Origin: an uncultured Gemmatimonadales bacterium
GTDB taxonomy: Bacteria > Gemmatimonadota > Gemmatimonadetes > Gemmatimonadales > Gemmatimonadaceae
NCBI GenBank assembly: GCA_963793305.1
Contig: CAWBZV010000002.1
Span: 512,001-576,000, forward strand
Direction of reading: 5' to 3'
DNA length: 64,000 nt
Positions 1 through 10,042 of this stretch are shown here, one piece after another; the stretch's first letter is position 1, and each line of letters starts with the position of its first letter. Below the pieces are notes generated by a model. The model saw only the letters and a program-made list of their open reading frames with translations. It had not been told where the DNA came from and ran no database searches. A program made the position numbers and the translations under genes.

Positions 1-222
1 ACTGGTCGACCAGAACAGCGTCTGGCCAGTGACGTGTGACCCGCTGGCGGTCACGGGTTGCGCCTGGACCGTCGCCGTGTCGCCGATCGCGAGGTTCAAT
101 GTATCGGGGGTCATCACAATGTCCGTGATGCCCTGGGAATTCGGGCCGGTCGCCTCGTGGGAACAGGCGACGGCAATCCCGATGGCAATGATGGCGACTG
201 CTGACCACAGCACGAATCTCAC
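1..222 (-). CDS. Ig-like (Big_2) domain lipoprotein, N-terminal part (runs off window)
   Basis: Manual translation from GTG at 222: MRFVLWSAVAIIAIGIAVAC-SHEATGPNSQGITDIVMTPDTLNLAIGDTATVQAQPVTASG...LFWSTS. Lipobox Cys plus Big_2 pattern; abuts the stop of the upstream TPR gene; not in the ORF track. Confidence 0.8.
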   Translation of the reverse strand, partial: MRFVLWSAVAIIAIGIAVACSHEATGPNSQGITDIVMTPDTLNLAIGDTATVQAQPVTASGSHVTGQTLFWSTS

Positions 223-1209
223 TCAGAGCGCTCTGTGCAGGAGTGATACCACCGCGGCTTCAATCGCCCCCAGGAGGGTTACGCCGGCCGCAGCCGCGAT
301 GCCAGCCCCCAGATTCTTCTGGTCGGTCGTCTGGTAATTCTGCATGTACGGGTGCCCGTTGCGGTCCGTATAGGTCGCCGTCTTGGTGACCGTCCGCGAC
401 TGCACCCCCCAAACGACCGCACCCGCCGAGGCGCCGGTTACGAGGACGCCGAGGAGGGGCTGCCGTGTATAGTACTGGCCTCCCCCCGGGATCAGGCCCA
501 GCCAGAACGCGGCCGTGGCGCTCGGCAACTCGCGGTGGAGGGCGAGCTCGCGCTGGCTCACGGCGTCGCTATCGCCTGCGGCGGGCGTCAGGCGGATGTA
601 TTGGTCGAAGTCGCGAATGGCCGCCAGCTGGTGGTGCTGGTGCGCGAGGGCCAGCGCGTGATCGTAGAATCCGGGGGCAAATCCAGGTTCAGCGGCGATC
701 ACGTCTGAGAACGCCTGCTCGGCACTGCCCCAATCAGATCGATCATAGGCCTGCACGCCGTCTCTAAACCGCTCGACGAGAGTTGTGCCGCGCGCCAGTT
801 CGGGACCTGGCACGATCTCCGCTATCTTGTCGCGGATCCGCGCGGCGTCGCCGGCGGTCGGGGACAGAAATAGGTAGCGGCAGTACTCGAGAATGGCGTC
901 CGGCTTGTCGCCCATCTCCTCGTTCTCGCGACCGAGGCGATAGGCGAGACTCGCGTCGCCTTGGCTGAGTTGGGCCGCTTGCAGCAACAAATCGCGCGCC
1001 GACTTGTGGTCGCCCTCGAGGGCGGCTTCGGCGCCCAAAGCAGCCATGCGGTTGGCTTCGTCGGTCTGCGCGCGGACCGGGCCAATGGGCGCGATGAAGG
1101 CCGGGCAGGCGATGACGATGGCTGCCGGCGCGGTGCGCTTGAGCGGCAGCTCTTGTGCGACGAGCGGTACGATCGGGACCACGGACCAAACGAGAACGCG
1201 ACCGTTCAT
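223..1209 (-). CDS. Exported TPR protein with C-terminal hydrophobic segments (DUF5683-like, LIPGGGQYY)
   Basis: Several TPR-like helical pairs; C-terminal AFWLGLIPGGGQYY and Gly/Ala-rich hydrophobic segments; 4-bp overlap with upstream gene. Confidence 0.75.
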   Translation of the reverse strand: MNGRVLVWSVVPIVPLVAQELPLKRTAPAAIVIACPAFIAPIGPVRAQTDEANRMAALGAEAALEGDHKSARDLLLQAAQLSQGDASLAYRLGRENEEMGDKPDAILEYCRYLFLSPTAGDAARIRDKIAEIVPGPELARGTTLVERFRDGVQAYDRSDWGSAEQAFSDVIAAEPGFAPGFYDHALALAHQHHQLAAIRDFDQYIRLTPAAGDSDAVSQRELALHRELPSATAAFWLGLIPGGGQYYTRQPLLGVLVTGASAGAVVWGVQSRTVTKTATYTDRNGHPYMQNYQTTDQKNLGAGIAAAAGVTLLGAIEAAVVSLLHRAL

Positions 1210-4200
1210 GGACCGACCATGATCGTCACGGAGCCCTGCGCTCCATCATCGGTCGTGGCCGTGATCGTCACCAATGCGCTGTTCGTCGACACCGCCTGCA
1301 GGGTGATCACCGTCGTCGCGGGGTTGGCGACGAACGGCCCCGAGCTGCCGTTGATCGTCACCGTCGACCCATCGGACGACGTCCACGTGACCTCGCGTTG
1401 CGATGAGACATCGGTGCCGAATGTATCGAGCAACTGCGCCGACGCGGTAGTGCTGTTCGCGCCGGACAGACTGAGGGTCGTCGTGCCGGCGTTCACGTTG
1501 ACCGTTCCCACGTGGCCGATCACGGTGATGGCCGACGAGCCGGATGCCGAGCTGTTCGTGCTCGTCGCCGTGATCGTCACCGGACCTGCCGCCGTACCCG
1601 CCGCCGTCACGAGCCCGTTGCCATCCACATTCGCGATAGCCGAGCCGCCGTTCGACCACGTGACGGCGATGCCAGCCGGTGTCGTCGTCGCGCCCAACTG
1701 AATCTGGTTACTCGGCGACGTGGCGAAGATCGTCGCGCTCGACGGATTGACGCCGACCGACGTCACGGCTGGGTTCGTAATGTCGACCGTCGCGGTGCCG
1801 TTCGCGCTGCCGCTCGCCGCGGTAAAGGTCACCGTGCCGGTGTCGTTCACCACACCGACGGGTTGCACGAGGCCCGTGTTCGATATCGTCGCGACTCCGG
1901 TATTGCTCGACGTCCAGGTCACCGTTCTCCCGGTGAGCACCGTGCCACCCGCGTCTTTCAGTGTCGCGGTCAGCTGCTGGGTCTGTGCCGTCGTAATCGT
2001 GGAGGTGGGCGGTGCGACGGTCACGCTCGCGACCGGATCCTGCGTGATGGTCACCGTCGCGGTCCCGTTCACACCACCACTGGTCGCGGTGATCGTCACG
2101 GTTCCGGTGTCATTTGGTCCCGTGGGCGACACGAGCCCGGTATTGGACACCGTCGCGATCGTCGGGTCGCTGGTTGTCCATGTCACCGGCCTCCCCGTGA
2201 GCACCGTGCCGCCCGCGTCCTTGAGCGTCGGGGTCAGCTGCTGGGTCTGGGTCGCGCTGATCGTCGAAGTCGGCGGCGCGACGGCGACGCTCGCGACTGG
2301 GTCTGGTGTGATCGTGACCATTGCGGTCCCATTCACACCACCGCTCGTCGCGGTGATGGTGACGGTGCCGCTGTCATTCGCGCCCGTTGGAGAGACGAGC
2401 CCGGTGTTCGACACGGTCGCGATCGCCGTATTGCTCGATGACCACGTGACCGGTCGACCCGTGAGCACCGTTCCGCCGGCGTCTTTCAACGTCGCGTTCA
2501 GTTGCTGAGTCTGCGTAGCGTTGATCGTCGATGTCGGCGGCGCGACCGTGACGCTCGCGACGGGGTCCTGGGTAATCGCGACCGTCGCCGTCCCATTCAC
2601 GCCGCCACTCGTCGCGGTGATCGTGACAGTGCCGCTGTCGTTCGCTCCGGTTGGCGATACCAGGCCCGTGTTCGACACCGTCGCGACCGCCGTATTGCTC
2701 GACGACCACGTGACCGCTCGACCCGTGAGCACCGTTCCGCCGGCGTCTTTCAGTGTCGCGGTGAGTTGCTGCGTCTGAGTCGAAGAGATCGTGGAAGACA
2801 GGGGAGCGACCGCTACGCTCGCGACTGGGTCTTGAGTGATCGCGACGGTTGCGGTCCCGTTCACGCCACCACTGGTCGCGGTGATCGTGACGGTGCCGCT
2901 GTCGTTCGCGCCGGTCGGCGAGACCAGGCCCGTGTTCGACACCGTCGCGACCGCGGTATTGCTCGACGACCACGTGATGGCGCGACCTGTGAGCACCGTT
3001 CCGCCAGCGTCTTTCAACGTTGCGGTGAGCTGCTGGGTCTGCGTAGCCGAGATGCTGGAAGACGAGGGCGCTACGGTGACGTTCGCGATGGGGTCCTGCG
3101 CAATGGCGACGGTCGCCGTACCACTCTTCCCGCCGCTCGACGCCGTGATGGTCACCGTCCCGCTGTCGTTGACTCCTGTTGGAGACACGAGACCCGTGCT
3201 CGACACCGTCGCGACCGCGGTATTGCTCGACGACCACGTCACCGGCCGGCCGGTAATCACGGTCCCGCCCGCGTCCTTCAATGTCGCGGTGAGCTGCTGC
3301 GTCTGGGTCGCCGAGATAGCGGAAGACGGAGGCGCGACGGTGACGGTTGCGACGGGATCTTGCGCGATCGAGACCGTTGCCGTCCCGCTCGCACTGCCGC
3401 TGGTCGCGGTGATGGTCACGGTACCGCTGTCGTTCGCTCCGGTCGGAGAGACGAGGCCCGTGTTCGAGACCGTCGCGACCCCTGTATTGCTGGACGACCA
3501 CGTGACCGTTCGTCCGGTGAGCGTCGCGCCACTTGCGTCCGTGAGCGTCGCGGTCAGTTGCTGCGTCTGAGTGGCCGAGATGTTGGAAGACGGCGGTGTC
3601 ACCACCACGTTGGCGACCGGATCGGGCACGACAGCGACAGTGGCAGTGCCGCTCTTGCCGCCGGTCGTGGCGGAGATGGTCACGGTACCGCTATCGTTCG
3701 CGCCGGTCGGAGAGACGAGGCCGGTGTTCGAGACCGTCGCGATGCTTGGGTTACTCGACGTCCAGGTCACGACTCGCCCGCTGAGCACTGTTCCACCACC
3801 GTCTTTCACTGTGGCGGTCAGCTGCTGCGTCTGCGAGGCGTTGATCGTCGACGACGTTGGCGCGACGGAAACGCTTCCGACAGGATCCTGTCCGATCGTG
3901 ACGGTCGCCGTCCCGGCGCCGCTGCCGCTCGTCGCGGTGATGGTGACGGTGCCGCTGTCGTTCGTGCCGGTGGGAGAGACGAGACCTGTGTTCGAGACCG
4001 TCGCGACCGACGGATTGCTCGAGGACCACGCGATCGGCCGGCCGGTGAGATTCGCGCCACCCGCATCGGTGAGCGTCGCGGTCAGCTGCTGCGTCTGACT
4101 CGCGTTGATCGTGGAGGATGGCGGGCTGACGGCGATCGTAGCGACGGGATCCTGGACGATCGTGACCGTGGCCGACGCGCTCTTGCCGCCGCTGCTCACG

Positions 4201-6642
4201 GTGATGGTGACCGTCCCGCTGTCATTGAGGCCGCCGACCGGCCGCACGAGCCCCGTGTTGGAAACCGTGGCCACGCCGGGTTTGCTGGACGTCCATGTGA
4301 CGGGCCGCTGGAGCGTATCGCCCTGCGAATCGTCCAGCGTATCGGACATTTGCAGCGTCTGCGCCGCGGTAATCGTCGCGGTCGTGGGCACGATGACCAC
4401 GCTCGAGACGGGTGCCAGCGTGACGGTGATGCCACCCCCGCCCGTCTTGCCGCCGGTCGATGCGTAGACCGAGTCCGAACCGGCGGCCACGCCGGTCACG
4501 ACTCCGGTCTGATCGACGCTGGCGATGCTGCCGCCGGACTTCGTGATCCACGTGAACTGGCGGCCCGCGAGAAGATTGTTGTTGGCGTCGTACGCCTTCG
4601 CGACCACCGTGCTGGTGAAGCGGACGTTGACCGTGAACAGATTTGGCGTCAGCACGACGAACGCGACGGGAACATTGCTCACCGTCACCTGGGTCGTGCC
4701 ATTCACATTGTTGCCCGAGCTCGCGGTGACCGTGATCGGGCCGCCGGATGCGACGCCGGTCGCGGTGCAGGTGTCGAGCTGCGTGACCGGATCGACACCG
4801 CCGGCACTCACGGTCACGTTGCCGGTTGCCGCCGATTGCCAGGTCACGCTGCGGCCGGACAACACGTTGCCGCTCCCATCCTTCTGCGTTGCCGTGAGGA
4901 TCGCGGTCTGTCCGACGATGATGGTGACGGGATTGGGCGTCACGGTCACCGACGCCGTCGGCGCGGCGATGACGGTCGTCGTGTTCGTATCCGCTTTCGC
5001 GCCGCTCTGCGCGATGACCTGCGCGACGCCGGGCGCCACGCCTTGAACGAGGCCCGTGCTCGACACGAATGCGATCCCGTTGTTCGTCGAGCTCCAGGCC
5101 ACCGCGGGGTTCGTGATCACGTTCCCCAACGAGTCCGTCACCGTAACGGTCAGTTGGGTCTGTGTCCCCGCGGTGACCGTCACGGTCTTCGGTGAGATCG
5201 CGACCGAGCCGACTGGAATGGGTTTCACGGTCACCGTTGCGGCGGCTACCTTGCCGCCGCTCGTCGCGACAATGGCGACGGTGCCGGCGCCGACGCCCGC
5301 GACCAATCCCGAGGTCGAGACGGTCGCGACCGCGCTATTGCTCGAAGACCACGCCACCGTCCGTCCGCTCAGCGTATTCCCCGCCGAATCTTTCACGGTC
5401 GCCGTGAGCTGCGCGGTTCCGCCGATCGTGATCGAGTCGAGCGTCGGCGCGATGCTGATCGACCCGACCGGCACCAAGGCGACATTCACGGTCGCCGTGC
5501 CGGATTTCGTGCCGCTGGTTCCAGTGATCTGCGCCTGTCCCGACCCCACGGCGGTCAACATTGCGGTCAACGGACCGGTGGCCGTGACGGTCGCGACGCC
5601 GGGCGTGTTCGAAACGAATGCCACCGTCGCGCCCGCGATCGGGTTCCCCTGATTATCGGTCACTTCCGCGGTGAGCGCTTGGCTTTGCCCGACGAGCAGA
5701 TTCGAGAGCGCGGGCGACATGACGACGGTGTTGATCGGCACCGCCTGCACGGTGAGCGTGGCGGTCGACGTGACGCCGCCGCTCGTCGCGCCGACGGTCA
5801 CCGAGGCGACGCGCTTGCCGGTCACCGTCCCGGTCTGGTCGATCGTCGCGATCGTCGTATCGCGCGAGAACCATGTGAGGCTTCGGCCCGTGAGCACATT
5901 GCCCGCCGAGTCCTTCGTGGTCGCCGACAGCTGCGTTGTTTGCCCGACGATTACACTCGGGCTGTTGGGCGAGAGCACGATCGTCGCCACGGGGACGAGG
6001 GTCACCGTGACCGTGGCGGTGCCAACGATCGAGCCCGATGCTGCTTGGACGGTTGCCATGCCCGGCCTCCGCGCGATCACGAAGCCGGATTGGTCGACCC
6101 CCGCGATGGTCGTGTCACTGATCGACCAGATCACCGGTCGTCCCGTGAGCGCGTGGCCCGTCGCGTCCTTCGTGGTGTCGGTATACTGCGTCGCGGTGCC
6201 GACGCGCAGCAGGGCAGTGCTGGGCGCCACGACGACCGACGCGACGGGAACGGGGAGAACGGTGATCTGCGCCGGGTGACTGGGCGAGACGCCGGCGGTG
6301 CTCGCATCGATGGTGGCCGTGCCGACGGCGATGGCGGTGACGACACCGCCCTGGGTAATCGTCGCGACACTGGTGTTGCTCGAACTCCAGAAGATCGGCA
6401 GGTTGTTGACCGGTCCTCCGCCCGAACGTCACGGGTTGCGCTGAAAACGTCTTCATGGCGCCAAGGACAATCGACACCGTGTCGGGGGTGATGATGATGT
6501 CCGCGACGTGGTGCGCATTCGGCCCGGTGACGTCGCTCGCGCACGCGGCCAACAGGATGGCCGCGGCGATTCTACCGTGGAATCGTAATAGCCACCGGTT
6601 CGGACCGATGCGTCGTCGTGCCGTCGCCCAGCTGGCCGTCAC
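1206..6642 (-). CDS. Giant Big_2 (bacterial Ig-like) repeat lipoprotein / putative adhesin, ~1800 aa, one frameshift at ~6425
   Basis: Lipobox ILLAAC in ORF 6115..6642 joins the 1674-aa ORF if one base at 6425-6426 is removed (VTSGGGPVNNLPIFWSSSNTSVAT). About 20 TWSSSNxxVATV-type domains. Start codon uncertain. Confidence 0.85.
1780..4410 (-). repeat. About 10 tandem 264-bp (88-aa) highly similar Big_2 coding repeats
   Basis: The DPV motif recurs every 264 bp (about 2031, 2295, 2559 ... 4143); unit QDPVASVTVAPPSSTISATQTQQLTATLKDAGG...NDSGTVTITATSGG. Confidence 0.9.
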
Positions 6643-9136
6643 TGTTGTAGCCCCAGCAGAGCGTGGCGCTGGTCGATGTCATCGCGCACGTGTGCGAACC
6701 GCTGGCGTGAATGGCCGCCAACGACTGCGTAGACGTGACGCGCACCGGCGCTGTACGATCGAGCGTCGTACCATCGCCCAGCTGCCCGTAAGTGTTCCGT
6801 CCCCAGCAATACGCGTCGCCACCGGTCGTGAGTGCGCAGGAGTGAACCAGCCCGGCGGCCAACGACATATACGTCGCGGTCGTTTTCACCGGGGTCGGCG
6901 TATCGTGTTCCTGCAGGTCGCCGACACCGAGCTGTCCATAGCTATTCCGACCCCAGCAATATGGTTGACCCGCGGTCGTCAACGCGCAAGAGTGATAGCC
7001 ACCGGCGGCGATCGCTCGAAACGCGACGCCTCCGAGGAGCGGTCCCGGGACGGCCCGGACGATGTGCGTACCGTCGCCCAATTGGCCATATGAATTCTGA
7101 CCCCAGCAGTACGCTTGCCCGACTTGATCAAGCGCGCACGCGTGGTGGGCGCCCGCGGTCAGTACCACGAAGTGAACGAGGCTGGCGACTTTGGCCGGCG
7201 TGCTACTGTTGCTCGTGCTTCCGTTTCCGAGCTCGCCGTACAGGTTTCGGCCCCAGCACCATGCCTCTCCGGCGGCAGTCAACGCGCACGAGTACCCGGC
7301 GCCCGCCACGATGGTGTGAAACACATGGTCGCCGGCGACCTTCGTGGGCGTCGAGTGATCGCTCGCATCGCCGGTCCCGAGCTGGCCGAACGTGTTGCCC
7401 CCCCAGCAGTACGCGGCGCCGGTGCGGCTGACGGCGCACGTGTGATCCTCGCCTGACGCAATTTGCGAGAATGCGACATCGGCGTTGGCTCGCATCACGG
7501 CCTGCTCGCGCGCCGTCGATCCCACGCCGAGCTGGCCTCGGTCGTTGTTGCCCCAACACAGTGCGGTCCCTTGCCCATCGAGCTCGCAGGTGTGCAGCCC
7601 GCCGCCTGATATCGGTGAGGTGGCCGGCGGATGGATGATCGCCCCCGTCACGAGCGCCGATGGTTTGGCGCTCGACTCGGAGACGGTAGGCGTAGGCGCC
7701 GGAGGTGCAGGTTTTTGCACGGTCGCCGGCGGAGGCGGCGTAGGTGTGCTCTTCGCCGCGAGCAGCTTCGCCGCGGAATCGCGCTGGGCAAACAACTGCA
7801 TAGCGGCGCCAGAGTCTGCCGCCGCCGTTGCCGCCGCCGCGCTATCCGCGGCCCGCCGGATTGCCTCCTGACCCGCCCGCGCCAGCGAGTCTCGGTACGC
7901 CGCAATTGATGCCTGCTGCTCGCTATCCGCCCGATGCGAGACGTTGGCCGATGATCCCGAAAACGCCCGCGCACTCGGCGTGTGCTTCCAGAGCAGATCC
8001 GGATTGATGAGAAACGTCAGCAGCGCACCGACAACCAGCGCGCCCCCGGCGAGGATGAGCCCGATCGGTCCATTGCGCCGGCGCGTCGGTACCGGGATGA
8101 GCGACAGATCCGGGAGGCCGCCGTCGAACGACGGATGCGCGGCGTTCGGCACGTCGTCCTGGCCTCGACGGTATTGCATCGTGTGCAGCGCCGTCGACCC
8201 GGCGTTCATGGTGCTGCCGGCGAGCGGTGGCAGGTGCTGGGCCAGGCGATTGGTTGTCGTCGCCGCGGAAGCCTGGGACGTCCGATCACGCACCCACTCG
8301 TCGTCCGACAACGCGCTCAGGAACGCTTGCGCGCTTTCCCAGCGCGCGTCGCGATTTTTCTCCAGCGCGCGCTCGGTCACCGCCATGAGCCGCGGCGGGA
8401 CATCACCTCGAGCGCCAGCGATGGCGGGCAGGGGATCGAACTTCTGGCGGTACATGACGTCCGCGACGTTCATGTCGACCCAGGGCCGTACGCCGAGCAA
8501 CATCTCGTAGCCGACGAGGCCGAGCGAGAAGAGATCGCTCCGTCCATCGAGCGCCAGCCCGTCGATCTGCTCCGGCGACATGTACGCCGGCGTTCCCACG
8601 AGGAGATCGGCCGACGGGGTCTGACGTCTCATCTCTGCGGATAGGGCTATCCCGAAGTCCGACAATAACGCGCGGCCGGTCTCGTCGTTCAAGAAGATGT
8701 TCTCGGGCTTAACGTCCCGGTGCACGACGCCGCGCGCATGCGCATACGCCAACGCCGCCGCGATATCAATGAGGACGGCCTCGGCGCGCTCCGGCGCGAA
8801 CGGCCCGTCCTCATGAATCGCGCGCTCCAGGCTCCGTCCGGGGATATACTGCATCACCAACGCGAGCCCGCGCGTCGAGAGTCGCTTGACGGCGTGGATC
8901 GCGACGACGTTCGGATGCTGCAGTTGCGCGACCGTGCGCGCTTCGTTCAGCTGCCGGGCGATCGTCTCGTCGTCGATCCCACTGGCCGTGTGGATGACTT
9001 TGATCGCCACATCGCGACCGAGCTCCCGATCGCGCGCCAAATAGACGATCGACATCCCCCCGCGGCCGAGCTCACCCAGAATCTCGTAATCGGCCTCGAG
9101 CTCTCGAATCTCGACGAGGGTCGCTTCTTCGGCCAA
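6572..9136 (-). CDS. Hanks-type Ser/Thr kinase with TM helix and extracytoplasmic RCC1/BLIP-II beta-propeller
   Basis: GRGGMS, VAIK, HRDVKPEN, DFG, GTPAYMSPE, DLFSLG motifs; TM LILAGGALVVGALLTFLI; about 7 HxC...CWGxNxxGQLG repeats. TTG start at 9136 inferred. Confidence 0.92.
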   Translation of the reverse strand: MAEEATLVEIRELEADYEILGELGRGGMSIVYLARDRELGRDVAIKVIHTASGIDDETIARQLNEARTVAQLQHPNVVAIHAVKRLSTRGLALVMQYIPGRSLERAIHEDGPFAPERAEAVLIDIAAALAYAHARGVVHRDVKPENIFLNDETGRALLSDFGIALSAEMRRQTPSADLLVGTPAYMSPEQIDGLALDGRSDLFSLGLVGYEMLLGVRPWVDMNVADVMYRQKFDPLPAIAGARGDVPPRLMAVTERALEKNRDARWESAQAFLSALSDDEWVRDRTSQASAATTTNRLAQHLPPLAGSTMNAGSTALHTMQYRRGQDDVPNAAHPSFDGGLPDLSLIPVPTRRRNGPIGLILAGGALVVGALLTFLINPDLLWKHTPSARAFSGSSANVSHRADSEQQASIAAYRDSLARAGQEAIRRAADSAAAATAAADSGAAMQLFAQRDSAAKLLAAKSTPTPPPPATVQKPAPPAPTPTVSESSAKPSALVTGAIIHPPATSPISGGGLHTCELDGQGTALCWGNNDRGQLGVGSTAREQAVMRANADVAFSQIASGEDHTCAVSRTGAAYCWGGNTFGQLGTGDASDHSTPTKVAGDHVFHTIVAGAGYSCALTAAGEAWCWGRNLYGELGNGSTSNSSTPAKVASLVHFVVLTAGAHHACALDQVGQAYCWGQNSYGQLGDGTHIVRAVPGPLLGGVAFRAIAAGGYHSCALTTAGQPYCWGRNSYGQLGVGDLQEHDTPTPVKTTATYMSLAAGLVHSCALTTGGDAYCWGRNTYGQLGDGTTLDRTAPVRVTSTQSLAAIHASGSHTCAMTSTSATLCWGYNSDGQLGDGTTTHRSEPVAITIPR

Positions 9137-9140
9137 TCGG

Positions 9141-9920
9141 CTACCGCTCTCGGAACCGGAAGAGGACGTCGCCCATCTCGATTTGGTCGCCATCGTGCAG
9201 CACACGCTGGCCGTGGGCCGTGTCCAACGCTTCCCCGTTGATCACGACGGGGTTCGTCTGAGAGAGATTCGTGATCTTCCAGCGGCCTTCCACGTACTGC
9301 ATGCGGGCGTGCTGGCGACTGATCGTCTGCGAGCGCAACTGGACATGCCGATAGGGCGGCCCCGCGACGCGACCGAATGTCACCTCGGGAATCTCTCCCC
9401 AGGTCCGAACGAATCGGATGTCCCGTCCCGGCACATCGCCGTCGAGCACTTCCAATCGACCCGGCAAAAACTGCAATGTGCCTTCGGCCGGCGCGACGCT
9501 CTGCACGATTTTCCCGTTACCGTTGGCGCCATTGACGCCATTCAGCGACCGGCCCGTGCCGTTCGAGTGCGGTGGATCCGTCGATGGAGGTGTCGGCGGT
9601 GCCACCGTTTGCACGTGACTGCGCACGTCCGGCTGCGGCGAGAACGCCGTGGGTTGCGGCATGGCGGTCGCCGGGGTCGTCGGCCCTTCGATGGCCGCGC
9701 CGCGCAACGAATCGCGCAAAGGCTGTAATGGGAGCTCGGCCATCCCACGGCGGTGAACCGGGATGACGAGTGGCACCGGCTCAGGAACGTCGAGCTCGCG
9801 CTCGATCCGCCGCGACTTGACGATCGCTAACACCGCCCAGATCACAAGGGTAGCGCCAGCGATGATCGCCGCGGCAATCAACCACATCGGATCGATAGTT
9901 GTATTTGTCAGACTAGGCAT
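9141..9920 (-). CDS. Membrane-anchored FHA domain protein
   Basis: N-terminal TM, Pro-rich linker, FHA motifs FGR...ISRQHA...TNPVVING...LHDGDQIEMG. Confidence 0.88.
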   Translation of the reverse strand: MPSLTNTTIDPMWLIAAAIIAGATLVIWAVLAIVKSRRIERELDVPEPVPLVIPVHRRGMAELPLQPLRDSLRGAAIEGPTTPATAMPQPTAFSPQPDVRSHVQTVAPPTPPSTDPPHSNGTGRSLNGVNGANGNGKIVQSVAPAEGTLQFLPGRLEVLDGDVPGRDIRFVRTWGEIPEVTFGRVAGPPYRHVQLRSQTISRQHARMQYVEGRWKITNLSQTNPVVINGEALDTAHGQRVLHDGDQIEMGDVLFRFRER

Positions 9921-10042
9921 GGCACACACCGGCCCGGCGGTGTGGCCGCCAGGCTACAGGAAGATCCACAGAACCACTGTAAGAAACGTTCCGCCGGCTT
10001 CTGCGGCAATGCAGTGGCGCTTGTGTAACCAGGCTCAGCCTT

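Noticed and set aside
1780..4410. Long repeats as DGR template/variable regions or CRISPR
   Set aside because: Coding Big_2 repeats; no adenine-specific divergence noticed and no reverse transcriptase in the window.
2502..5195. 897-aa plus-strand ORF and many other long Arg-rich antisense ORFs
   Set aside because: Shadow ORFs of GC-rich genes on the opposite strand; no recognisable motifs.
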